From: a virus
Taxonomy: Duplodnaviria > Caudoviricetes
IMG/VR virus record: IMGVR_UViG_3300033067_000376
Coordinates: 1-37,566 of that record
Strand: one strand, 5' to 3'
Length of the DNA: 37,566 bases
The notes under the pieces were generated by a model that did no database searches, was not told the DNA's origin, and saw nothing but the letters and a program-made list of their open reading frames with translations. The position numbers were made by a program, and so were the translations under genes. This document shows positions 1 to 8,478 of this stretch, piece by piece; the first letter of the stretch is position 1; every line of letters starts with the position of its first letter.

Positions 1-79
1 TATACCAAACTGTCTAATCTTGTCTGATTAGTTATTGACGGGAGTGTTGCCCTGTCAATGGTAGGTTTGCCGATGTTTG

Positions 80-280
80 TGTCAATTGTTCCAATTGTGC
101 CAATTGTTACCAATGTGAACATAGCCCCCCCCCCCCCATTTTCTTTTTTAACTAATTTTTTTTTTTTAGAACACTACTTATTAAGGCTTGAACGTGAAAC
201 TTTGAACACGCGATTTTGGGTGCATGGGGGGTATGTTCACATACGGAACATTCGGAACAGCGGAACATCCGGAACACCCA
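80..280. repeat. Short ~9-bp-period repeat arrays flanking a poly(C)/poly(T) block (origin- or terminus-like)
   Basis: CAATTGT recurs 3x at ~83-107. C12 and T-rich tracts lie at ~126-167. CGGAACA occurs 4x at 244, 253, 261 and 270. Confidence 0.6.
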
Positions 281-443
281 TGGGCGGGTGCTGGCCGATG
301 CGGATGTCCGCTTGTGTGCCATGGTGAAACCGACGGGAATGGGTCTGGATGGCCCATGGCGGCGATCCCGTGGCGATCCCGTGCAATGGTGGCGGGTGGC
401 ATGGGTGCCCCGTATGGGGCGATTGGTGGCGTTTTGGCGAATC

Positions 444-458
444 GTTCACAATGTGAGC
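444..458. promoter_or_regulatory. Palindromic box, copy 1 (GTTCACAATGTGAGC)
   Basis: Matches the TTCAYAWTRTGAA core with one mismatch; non-coding position. Confidence 0.6.
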
Positions 459-494
459 GTCCCTTGTAAGCGAAAAGGTGCGACTGCCGGACGC

Positions 495-529
495 AAAAAA
501 GCCAGCACCTGTGGAAGCGTGCTGGCTTT
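495..529 (-). terminator. Rho-independent terminator after the leftward gene
   Basis: Stem AAAGCCAGCAC/GTGCTGGCTTT; the + strand A-run gives a U-tract on the minus strand, just downstream of ORF 543..881. Confidence 0.8.
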
Positions 530-542
530 GGGTTGCTGGATG

Positions 543-881
543 TTACGCGCTGGCCAGCAGTTTCTGCGCTTGAGCGATAAACTCCGCCAACTCTGCCATC
601 GACATCTGGCCAACGGCCTTTGTGGCTGTGGCCGTAGGAGTTGCTGGCATGCGGGACTTCCGCCCGGTCAAATCATCGACGGAACCTTCCCACATCGGCG
701 GAATGCCGTCGGCACGGAAGCGCATCTGCAAGCGAATCCTCGCGGAGTGCTCGACCAGCGTTGCGATGTCCTCGCTAACTTCCTGCCCAAGGTGCAGCAC
801 GCAATCGGTGCTGGTCGCATCCTTTGCATTCTTGTCGAGGCGCGTTTTCATGGTGAAGCGCAGGGTGTTGGTGGTGGTCAT
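543..881 (-). CDS. Hypothetical protein (112 aa), likely early gene
   Basis: Protein-like composition, ATG start, followed directly by a terminator; no recognisable motif. Confidence 0.65.
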   Translation of the reverse strand: MTTTNTLRFTMKTRLDKNAKDATSTDCVLHLGQEVSEDIATLVEHSARIRLQMRFRADGIPPMWEGSVDDLTGRKSRMPATPTATATKAVGQMSMAELAEFIAQAQKLLASA

Positions 882-1218
882 GTTCGTTGTCCATTGTGGG
901 CAGGCCCATCGCCTGCATTATGATGACAACATACCGCACGGGAAATTACACGGTCGATGAAATAATTTTGCATCGCTTAGACATTGGCTTCGCGGATATG
1001 CTCTGCAATGAGTTGGATCGTTGTAGTATTGTGGTGTTGTAGTGCTACCGCACTAGCTAGGTTGGGGGGGCGTCTACCGTGTCGGCCATAGAAACGTGGC
1101 AGGGGAGGGAAACTTGGCTGGGCTTGTGTGGGTGGGAGAAGGCACCATCTCACCCGCGAACAATCTGAAACCTGGTACTAACAAACAGAGTTTAGTACCT
1201 GCGGGTGATGCCGCCGGG

Positions 1219-1247
1219 TTGACATGGTGACGCTGCCGTGGTATGAT
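1219..1247 (+). promoter_or_regulatory. Sigma70-type promoter
   Basis: TTGACA (1219-1224), 17-bp spacer, TATGAT (1242-1247) with an extended -10 TG; upstream of an AAGGA RBS and ATG 1274. Confidence 0.85.
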
Positions 1248-1273
1248 GCGGGAAACTAACTAAGGAATTGCTC

Positions 1274-1420
1274 ATGGATGCGACAGTCTTTCGGCAAGCT
1301 TTGCAACCGGAACAGCTGCGGGAGTTAGACCTTGCCCGGCAGGTTCTTGAGGTGGCTGGAGAGTTGGGGGCGGAAACTCCCATTCATATTGTGAACAACA
1401 GTGCCGCCGAGGTCAGCTAA
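1274..1420 (+). CDS. Small hypothetical protein (48 aa, MDATVFRQALQPEQLRELDLARQ...), absent from the ORF track
   Basis: AAGGA RBS, ATG 1274; stop TAA overlaps the next ATG (TAATG). Confidence 0.65.
   Translation: MDATVFRQALQPEQLRELDLARQVLEVAGELGAETPIHIVNNSAAEVS
1382..1396. promoter_or_regulatory. Palindromic box, copy 2 (ATTCATATTGTGAAC)
   Basis: Matches the consensus; ~135 nt downstream of the sigma70 promoter. Confidence 0.7.
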
Positions 1421-1674
1421 TGTACTGGCTAGGAATCTGCCTCGCAATCTCCCTGCTGGCTAACTTGGCAGCCGTCGCATCACTGATGCGCAGCATCCCT
1501 CGGATTGACTTGAGGCGCCCAGTTGACAACCGCGCCCGCAAGTTTGGCAGCGCCAAAGTCTACTACCAAACCGAGTGCGTTTTGGGAGATGGCCGCGTTG
1601 TTCCTATGCTCCTGACTGAGAGCGCTGTGTTGACCGCCATCCGTCGGCAGCAAGAAAACCTGGAGGATTTGTGA
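1420..1674 (+). CDS. Hypothetical protein with N-terminal membrane anchor
   Basis: Hydrophobic N-terminus MYWLGICLAISLLANLAAVASL; translationally coupled to the upstream ORF. Confidence 0.6.
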   Translation: MYWLGICLAISLLANLAAVASLMRSIPRIDLRRPVDNRARKFGSAKVYYQTECVLGDGRVVPMLLTESAVLTAIRRQQENLEDL

Positions 1675-1770
1675 GGCACTCAGTGGGTTGCCATCTAATC
1701 CCGGCGGATGTTATCTCGCTGGAGACGGGCGGCGGAAGTGGGAATGCGGGAGTGTCGGGCGGGCGAGGGA

Positions 1771-1820
1771 GCGCGAAGCGCGAGGAGCCGGCGGCGAAGC
1801 CGCGCCCGCGCCGGAGGCGC
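1771..1820 (+). other. Three consecutive GNA-triloop mini-hairpins
   Basis: GCGC-GAA-GCGC (1771-1781), GCGGC-GAA-GCCGC (1791-1803), GCGCC-GGA-GGCGC (1808-1820). Confidence 0.7.
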
Positions 1821-1846
1821 AAGTTTCACAGTCAAACAGGTGACTT

Positions 1847-2347
1847 ATGCAACAGTTAGTACCAGCCTTTCAAAACTCTCAAGAGTTCGAAGACGTTGAT
1901 GAGCTTCCTGAGCGCGCTGAGTGGATTTTGAAAAAACTCAAACCAGTCCATATTCAGATTTGCTCTCTTCTTGCACAGGGTTTTAAGAACATTGAGGTTG
2001 CTAAACTTACCAACGTAACGCCTGAGTACATCACTATGCTGCTTCGGCAACCTCTTATCAAGGATGAGATTTACCGTCGTGGTGAGTTTATTGGTCAGCG
2101 TTTTGAGTTGATGACTGAAAAGTCCTGTGATGTTATTTCTGAGGCTATGTCTAATGGAAATAACACAGAAAAACTGAAAGCTGCACGATTGCAACTTGAA
2201 GTCACTCGTCGAATTGGTCGCCCTGATCCGATGGCTGTAGTCGTGAACGTAGGAGACGATCGGTTGGCTAAACTTGCTGAAAGACTCGAGGGCTTATTGG
2301 ATGAAAAACGCACTAACATCTACGATCAACATGGCAACCCCATCTAA
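1847..2347 (+). CDS. HTH protein, putative terminase small subunit
   Basis: N-terminal HTH (LLAQGFKNIEVAKLTNVTPEYIT) followed by a helical region; size and position at the head of the morphogenesis operon fit terS. Confidence 0.55.
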   Translation: MQQLVPAFQNSQEFEDVDELPERAEWILKKLKPVHIQICSLLAQGFKNIEVAKLTNVTPEYITMLLRQPLIKDEIYRRGEFIGQRFELMTEKSCDVISEAMSNGNNTEKLKAARLQLEVTRRIGRPDPMAVVVNVGDDRLAKLAERLEGLLDEKRTNIYDQHGNPI

Positions 2348-2492
2348 TGGGCGAGAAGTTTCTTTTGAGACAAACTTAATCTTTGCTCCATTACGCCAAC
2401 GCTATAGGGCGTCGATCGGTAGTACCAGTAAGCCTCGTCCGATTAAAACGCTAACTGGTAGATCTGGGCTTAAGAAAGGCTCTGGTGGCTAA
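2331..2492 (+). CDS. Small basic hypothetical protein (53 aa)
   Basis: ATG 2331 (MATPSNGRE...); fills the gap and its stop overlaps the next ATG. Confidence 0.45.
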   Translation: MATPSNGREVSFETNLIFAPLRQRYRASIGSTSKPRPIKTLTGRSGLKKGSGG

Positions 2493-3268
2493 TGGGAAGT
2501 GCTCCTACTAAACTTGTTAATGAGCGCATTTCTCTTAGTGTTCCTTTTGGGGATGAGATTCCCTGGGGACTGGTGATTACTCGGGCTAATGTAACTGTAA
2601 CAGTTTTTAGTGGCACAGACCCCTATCCACAACGAGTGTTTTGGCGAGCTACTTCTTTAGATAATTGTTCTGTTGTTTTACAGTTTCGGCAGGGTGTCCC
2701 CGGAGTTATCTATAATGTTTTAGTTGAAGCAATTGCAGGTGGAATACCTTATTCAAAAAGTTTTCGCCTTGCAATTCTTCCTGATTCTGCAGAACTTCCT
2801 GACCTTTTCCCACTTACTAGGATTCTTACTAGTCATCCTTACGTTCAAACTTTTAATGATTCTGGTGATATTTCCTTTGAAGTTACTGGGGGCACCCTTA
2901 CTCTTGTTGTAAAGCATGGAGTGGTTGCAAGTGATTTAACAACTCTAAGTCTGTCAGTTGCTCCTAGCGCTCTTATTTTATATATTCCCCCGAAGTTTAT
3001 TGATCTTACTACTTATTCTCTTACTATTGTTGGGGGTACTTTAGCCTTACCTCCGCACGGACAGTTTAAGGATAATACAACTTTTTCTTTAACTGTTAAG
3101 AATGGTACTCTCCTTATTCCTCCACTGGGACAGTTTAAGGATAATACTACTCTAAGTTTAACTGTTACTCCTAGTACTCTTCTGTGGCCACTCGCTGAGC
3201 ATCTTCTTATGACTGAAGATGCCAAAGTTCTTATGACTGAAGATGGCAAAGTTATCATGACGGGCTAA
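2492..3268 (+). CDS. Virion/tail-appendage protein with beta-repeat C-terminal half
   Basis: N-terminal domain paralogous to 6679..7011; 23-aa repeats (GQFKDNTTxSLTV); C-terminal LMTEDxKV repeats. Confidence 0.6.
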   Translation: MGSAPTKLVNERISLSVPFGDEIPWGLVITRANVTVTVFSGTDPYPQRVFWRATSLDNCSVVLQFRQGVPGVIYNVLVEAIAGGIPYSKSFRLAILPDSAELPDLFPLTRILTSHPYVQTFNDSGDISFEVTGGTLTLVVKHGVVASDLTTLSLSVAPSALILYIPPKFIDLTTYSLTIVGGTLALPPHGQFKDNTTFSLTVKNGTLLIPPLGQFKDNTTLSLTVTPSTLLWPLAEHLLMTEDAKVLMTEDGKVIMTG

Positions 3269-3270
3269 TT

Positions 3271-3738
3271 ATGACTGCTGATATTACTGCTTTTCCTATT
3301 CCTGCTATTAAAAGAAGTGAGCTTTCTGTTGCTTCTAGCATTAATGATTCTGATAAAGTCGCCTTACTACAAGGTACCGTCAATAAAGAAGTTACTGCTA
3401 CAACCTTTAAGAGCTATGTCCTAACATCTGTTGAAAATGCGCAGACTGGTACTAGCTATACACTTGTATTATCTGATGAGTGGAAGCTAGTAACAATGAG
3501 TAATGCTGGGGCAAACACTCTTACGGTTCCTCCAAATAGTAGTGTGGCATTTCCTGTTGGAACTCGTATTGATGTGGGGCAAGATGGATCGGGCCAAACT
3601 ACTATTGCAGCTGGTGTGGGAGTTACTATTCATACACCTGAAACTTTAAAAATTAGAAAACAATGGGGTAAGGCTACATTGTTTAAGCGTGCTACGGATA
3701 CTTGGGATGTTGAAGGAAACCTAGAGGCTGCTCCATGA
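3271..3738 (+). CDS. Tail fibre/appendage-like protein
   Basis: QTGTSYTLVLSD...TLTVPPNSSVAFPVGTRI...GQTTI is a beta-rich segment common in phage fibre proteins. Confidence 0.6.
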   Translation: MTADITAFPIPAIKRSELSVASSINDSDKVALLQGTVNKEVTATTFKSYVLTSVENAQTGTSYTLVLSDEWKLVTMSNAGANTLTVPPNSSVAFPVGTRIDVGQDGSGQTTIAAGVGVTIHTPETLKIRKQWGKATLFKRATDTWDVEGNLEAAP

Positions 3739-4148
3739 TTCCTATTGGTATCTTAGGCGCCGCGACGCCTAGGTCTAGCGCAGGCGGCCTAGGTTTTGCT
3801 TATACTGATTCAGGCACTGCCGGGAGCATCACTGTAGGAACTACTTTTACTGATTATCTTTCAGTTTCTATCACTACCTCAAGTGATAACATCCTTATCC
3901 GATTTGATGGGACTGGCTACGGTAGTAGTTCTTTGGGCGCAGCTAAGGTGCTGGTGGATGGGGTAGATATTGGTACAACCCAGATTGTAAACTTCGGTAG
4001 TGATTGGGGTTTCGTAACCTGCGTGCAAGTAGTAGCCACCGTCAGTGCCGGTAGTCACACAATTAAGGTACAGTTAAAATCTTCATCTGGTACGAAGACG
4101 CTTGGACTCTCAGGCTTTTTCTGTAGTCTTTCTGTTCAGGAGTTCTAA
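3735..4148 (+). CDS. Beta-sandwich virion appendage protein
   Basis: S/T/G-rich; shares motifs with the next gene (AGSHTIKVQLK). Confidence 0.55.
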   Translation: MIPIGILGAATPRSSAGGLGFAYTDSGTAGSITVGTTFTDYLSVSITTSSDNILIRFDGTGYGSSSLGAAKVLVDGVDIGTTQIVNFGSDWGFVTCVQVVATVSAGSHTIKVQLKSSSGTKTLGLSGFFCSLSVQEF

Positions 4149-4516
4149 TGCAAATTCAGTTTGCTCAATCTGTAAGTGGCACAGCTACGTCATTGACCAC
4201 TTCTTATGCTGATTTCTTGACAGTTCCGATCACGACTACTGGAAGTAGTGCTACTGTAGAACTCTCAGCAGTGGTTGGATGTAGCAAGTCCGACACAGGT
4301 AACGTCTATGCACAGTTATTGTGGGATGGTGTTTCTGAAGCTGTGGGCACCATTTCACTGCCCGGTGGTTATAGTGGGGTGGTTGTCGTCTCCTGTGTTT
4401 TGTCAGGGGTTGCCGCTGGTAGTCACACCGCTAAGGTGCAGTGTAAAATGAATACCTCTGGTGGTAGTGCCGGGGGAACAGATCAAGCTGCATCTCTTAT
4501 AGTTAAGGAGCATTAA
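4148..4516 (+). CDS. Beta-sandwich virion appendage protein (paralog of the preceding gene)
   Basis: AGSHTAKVQCK and TSYADFLTVPITT match the upstream gene. Confidence 0.55.
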   Translation: MQIQFAQSVSGTATSLTTSYADFLTVPITTTGSSATVELSAVVGCSKSDTGNVYAQLLWDGVSEAVGTISLPGGYSGVVVVSCVLSGVAAGSHTAKVQCKMNTSGGSAGGTDQAASLIVKEH

Positions 4517-5554
4517 ATGGATGTTTTGAGGATTTCTACATCAATGTGTGCTCGTGGGCGTTTTCGCGCAGAAGTGCATACTGGTCATTTTTATGAAAAT
4601 GGTAAACTTGTAAGACTTGCAGACCCTATTCGTCAGACTTCTTTTGGGAAGAATGTTATTACACTATCTGGTATTGCTAAGCTATTAAATGATGATGTTC
4701 CTATTAAGATGCAAGCAGGTGATGATAATACTACACCAGCTGAGTCTGATACTCAATTAGGTAATCTTCTGGGTAGTACTACTACTCATGTTTCTACAAA
4801 CACTAACAGAAATACCACTCCTGATGGAGATGGGAATGTCACTTGGACTGCTACATATCGTTATACTTTTAATCCTGGAGCTCTGGGTAGTGTTCCTGTA
4901 AATGTCGCCGAAGCTGGTGTTAGAAGTAATGATATTGATAATGTTTTGGTATCTCATGGACTTTTAGTAGATGATACTGATACTCCTACTACTGTTTCAG
5001 TTGATCCAACTTTTGAGTACCTAGATTTAATCTGGGAACTTACTTTCTATGTCCCAGCTTCAGTCACTGGGACATCTACTTTTTCAATTCTTGGTGTGGA
5101 TACTTCTACGGATTGGGAAGTTCGTCCAGCTTTCTTTGGTAACACTGGCGGTAGTTATAACTTTAAGGGATGGGCTGATGCTTCTGCTGGACTTGTCCCG
5201 GGTTTTAGTATTATTTGGACATCTCTTACTTATGATGGTACAAATGCAGCGACTCAAGTTCGAAGTACAAATGGTTTAGGCGCACTTACAAGTTCTCCCG
5301 CTAATGATAGCGGTCTTACTAATGCTCAAAGAGTCCCCACTTCTGCAATAAGGAATGCTTACGTTACCGATTCAAAGGAACGTACAATGAAACTTGTATG
5401 GCTTCCGGATCGGGCTAATATCCCTGGAGGCATTCAATCGGTTTTAGTAAATTGTGTTTTCAGCCAATGGCAGATTAGCTATAGTCCTAAGTTATCTAAA
5501 ACATCTGACTATCAACTTAACCTTGAATTTAAGTTGACTCTCCATAACAAATGA
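4517..5554 (+). CDS. Putative tail/appendage structural protein (345 aa)
   Basis: T/S/N-rich; NVITLSG...GDDNTTPAESDTQL...NVAEAGV pattern resembles phage tail-fibre attachment domains. Confidence 0.55.
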   Translation: MDVLRISTSMCARGRFRAEVHTGHFYENGKLVRLADPIRQTSFGKNVITLSGIAKLLNDDVPIKMQAGDDNTTPAESDTQLGNLLGSTTTHVSTNTNRNTTPDGDGNVTWTATYRYTFNPGALGSVPVNVAEAGVRSNDIDNVLVSHGLLVDDTDTPTTVSVDPTFEYLDLIWELTFYVPASVTGTSTFSILGVDTSTDWEVRPAFFGNTGGSYNFKGWADASAGLVPGFSIIWTSLTYDGTNAATQVRSTNGLGALTSSPANDSGLTNAQRVPTSAIRNAYVTDSKERTMKLVWLPDRANIPGGIQSVLVNCVFSQWQISYSPKLSKTSDYQLNLEFKLTLHNK

Positions 5555-6093
5555 TTATCCTTCCAGATCAAGGTCTGATTTTTGTTGCAGTGCCTCGTAC
5601 TGGTAGTCAATCTATTGCTTACTGGTTGCAGAAAAACTTTTACCTTCCAGGAAAAGGCTATCCAGCAACAAGAGAGCATCAGAAATTGGATGAACTTCAA
5701 ACTACTGAGTTTGAGCATTTTAAATCTTTTTGTGTTATTAGAGATCCTTTAAGTAGACTTGTATCTATTTGTGCTAGGTTTGACCCTAATTTTCATAGTA
5801 ATCCTGCCCAAAGTATTCTAAAAAATCTTTTAGCTCCACTTAATCGTTTTAATCTTCCACAAACTATTCTAAGTGCTGGAGTTAAAACTAAGATTCCTTA
5901 TGAAAAGTTTACCCAGATCCCAGATATTGTTGGAGATCTTGTGGGAGTAATGAATCTTCCAAAGATTCCTCACTATGATACTGCATCTCCTGAAGGTTTG
6001 GTAGAAAATCTTCCTAATGATATAGTTGATCTAGTTAAAGCTCGATATTTGGATGATTTTAAGTTATTGGAGTTATTAAATGCTTCCACTTAA
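5551..6093 (+). CDS. Sulfotransferase-family protein
   Basis: 5'-PSB-like loop IFVAVPRTGSQSI and 3'-PB-like motif SFCVIRDPLSRLVS; C-terminal YLDDFKLL typical of Sulfotransfer_2-type proteins. Confidence 0.75.
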   Translation: MIILPDQGLIFVAVPRTGSQSIAYWLQKNFYLPGKGYPATREHQKLDELQTTEFEHFKSFCVIRDPLSRLVSICARFDPNFHSNPAQSILKNLLAPLNRFNLPQTILSAGVKTKIPYEKFTQIPDIVGDLVGVMNLPKIPHYDTASPEGLVENLPNDIVDLVKARYLDDFKLLELLNAST

Positions 6094-6682
6094 TGAGCTG
6101 GCAGATCCATCATATCCTAGTAGTTTTAAGTATCCTGTAAAGAGTATCTTGCCTGATGATATATTGCAAGACTGGGAGATGGCAGGTGTTGCTATTGGGG
6201 ACACATCTCAAGGAATGCACTATCAACTTTGGCATGTAATGTTGGAGATTGATCCAGATACTACAATGGGATATATTTATTTGGAGGCCCCTAATACTCC
6301 ACGATATCTATTAATGACTGGTTTAGGGATTAGTGAAATTAGTTTGGCCTTTGATCAGAATATGCATTTGTTTCTTGCATACAAACAAGCAGGCGCTTGT
6401 GTTATTTACTGGTGGGATCCTACTTTAGGAGCGATGACTACCACAAACTTAGGGGAGGGTATTAGCGATCCTCGGTGTTCTCTAGACGATAATCGAAATA
6501 CTGATGTGCCTGGTAGTGATATTATTCTAGGATATATTAAGGATAACAAACTTTACCATAGACGTCAGCGGGATCGTTATCTTACTGAATTTTTATTAAA
6601 AGACCCTGTTCCAGAGAATCTTGTTTGTGTAGGAATGGGTGTTGACTGGCGATTTCAGTTTGGGCTGGGATATATTCTATGA
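6080..6682 (+). CDS. Putative tail-associated protein (200 aa)
   Basis: Position in the appendage cluster; ISLAFDQN...SDIILGY...RQRDRY pattern recalled from phage tail proteins. Confidence 0.5.
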   Translation: MLPLNELADPSYPSSFKYPVKSILPDDILQDWEMAGVAIGDTSQGMHYQLWHVMLEIDPDTTMGYIYLEAPNTPRYLLMTGLGISEISLAFDQNMHLFLAYKQAGACVIYWWDPTLGAMTTTNLGEGISDPRCSLDDNRNTDVPGSDIILGYIKDNKLYHRRQRDRYLTEFLLKDPVPENLVCVGMGVDWRFQFGLGYIL

Positions 6683-7011
6683 GCACTTATGTAGCAGATC
6701 AGAAACTTGTTGGCGAAGATATTACATTAGCAGTAGATTTTAACTCTCGTCTTGTTATTGGAGAGGTTGCTTTAACTTGTTCTGCTAATATTACTCTTTA
6801 CTCTGGTACAAGTCATGACATGACTAGCATGCTTGTAGGGGCTGCTACAATTAGCAATAATATTGTTTCTCAAGTTATTTCTGGTGGACTTGCTGGGAAT
6901 ATTTATACTGTTTGGGTATCAGTTCGAACAACTGAGACTAATGTTCTTGTTAATGAAGTACGATTAGCTGTTATGCCTGATAGCTCAATTGATCCGCCTC
7001 CTGCCCCATGA
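6679..7011 (+). CDS. Fibre/tail adaptor-like protein
   Basis: Aligns by eye with the N-terminus of 2492..3268 (KLVxE..., SGT, GxxGxIYxV, RLA(I/V)xPDS). Confidence 0.55.
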   Translation: MSTYVADQKLVGEDITLAVDFNSRLVIGEVALTCSANITLYSGTSHDMTSMLVGAATISNNIVSQVISGGLAGNIYTVWVSVRTTETNVLVNEVRLAVMPDSSIDPPPAP

Positions 7012-8474
7012 CAGTTAAACTAAATGCTCGCCTTTTAGAAGCATTCTCTGGTACTTTCCTTTCCGGAAGGTACGATGATGCGAAGCCTACTCCAGCCTTT
7101 CATAGAAAGGCTTGGGCACTTTATAGTAGCCCAAGTAAACAAGCTGGTGTTGTAGCTCCACGAGGTCATGCTAAGTCTACGGCTTTGACGTATGATTATA
7201 TTTTAGCAGAGTGCTTGTTTAGAACTGCCCGTTATGTAATCTTGATTGGTAGTACTGAGGACAAGGCTGCTGAACAGCTCTCAAACCTTTCGGAGGAGAT
7301 TGAGACTAATGTTGATTTAAGGCGAGAGTTTGGAGTATCCGGCTTTGAGACTCAACAAAAGACGGAGATTATTGTTAAGTTCTCTGATGGTGGAAGGTTC
7401 CGAATTTTAGCTAGAGGCTCAGAGCAGAAAATCCGTGGTGCTATGTGGAATGGTGCTCGTCCAGACTTAATAGTCTGTGATGATATGGAAGATGACGAGC
7501 AGGTTGAGAATAAAGATCGGCGTGCTAAGTTTCGTAGATGGTTCTTTCGTGCAGCAAAGCAAGCACTTTCAAGGCGTGGTAGGATTAGAGTGCATGGAAC
7601 TATCCTTCATGAGGACTCCTTGCTTGCGCGCTTGATAAAGAATAAAACTTGGGACTTCCAATTTTACAAGGCTCACGAAAGTTATAATGATTTTTCAAAC
7701 CTTTTGTGGCCTGAGCAGTGGACAGCGGAAGCTCTTAGGAATGTTCAGTTGGAGTTTGAAGAAGATGGGGATGGTGCAGGCTATTCTCAGGAGTTTTTGA
7801 ATACTCCACTAGACAATAATGAGTCATATTTGAAGAAAGAAAACTTTCTTCCAATGACTGATCGAGACAGAGATTCTGATAAGATCTACATTGTTGGGGC
7901 TGATTGGGCTATTAGTAAAAAAGACCACGCTAATCGGACAAGTTTTACTTGTGGTGGCAAGGACTCAAGCAATATAGTACACATTGTTGGGCAAGTTGCT
8001 GGAAGGTGGGATAGTTCTGATATTATTGAAGAGTTGTTTGACTTCCATCAGCGATGGAAACCTGTAGCTTGGTATGTTGAAAGTGGCCAGATTTGGCTGG
8101 GCTTGAAACCTTTCATCTTAAAAGAAATGCAAAGGCGAGATGTTTGGATCAATTTTGTTGAACGCGTGCCTATTAAGGACAAAGGTATTCGGGGGCGATC
8201 CCTTCAGAAGCGCCATAAGAATGGTGGCATGAGATTTGACAAGGAAGCTTCTTGGTATCCAGGGTATGAGGCTGAGTTACTAACCTTCACGGGTGTAAGT
8301 GATGCTATTAAGGACGACCAGTTTGACTCGACGGCTTTAGTTAGTCTTGGTTTTGATGACTGGAGTGAGGTGAGTGATGAAGATTTTGTAAGTGATTTGG
8401 AGCTTGAGGAGTTGTGGGAAAGTAATAGAAGGCGTAGTACTAGTAGCCTTCGGCGATCTGCTGCTGGGTATTAG
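7008..8474 (+). CDS. terL: Terminase large subunit
   Basis: Walker A APRGHAKST, Walker B LIVCDD, motif III HGT; RNase H-like nuclease residues (GADWA...DDQFDS). Confidence 0.93.
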   Translation: MTVKLNARLLEAFSGTFLSGRYDDAKPTPAFHRKAWALYSSPSKQAGVVAPRGHAKSTALTYDYILAECLFRTARYVILIGSTEDKAAEQLSNLSEEIETNVDLRREFGVSGFETQQKTEIIVKFSDGGRFRILARGSEQKIRGAMWNGARPDLIVCDDMEDDEQVENKDRRAKFRRWFFRAAKQALSRRGRIRVHGTILHEDSLLARLIKNKTWDFQFYKAHESYNDFSNLLWPEQWTAEALRNVQLEFEEDGDGAGYSQEFLNTPLDNNESYLKKENFLPMTDRDRDSDKIYIVGADWAISKKDHANRTSFTCGGKDSSNIVHIVGQVAGRWDSSDIIEELFDFHQRWKPVAWYVESGQIWLGLKPFILKEMQRRDVWINFVERVPIKDKGIRGRSLQKRHKNGGMRFDKEASWYPGYEAELLTFTGVSDAIKDDQFDSTALVSLGFDDWSEVSDEDFVSDLELEELWESNRRRSTSSLRRSAAGY

Positions 8475-8478
8475 TTGT

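Noticed and set aside
58-960. Overlapping + strand ORFs (58..327, 216..923, 224..469, 622..960)
   Set aside because: They run through repeats, a terminator or the antisense of 543..881, lack an RBS and have atypical composition.
1021-1044. 8-bp tandem TTGTRGTR x3
   Set aside because: Too short and degenerate to assign a function.
1671-1899. ORFs 1671..1859 and 1708..1899
   Set aside because: Arg/Gly-rich translations of a GC-rich hairpin region, more likely non-coding; a short gene cannot be fully excluded.
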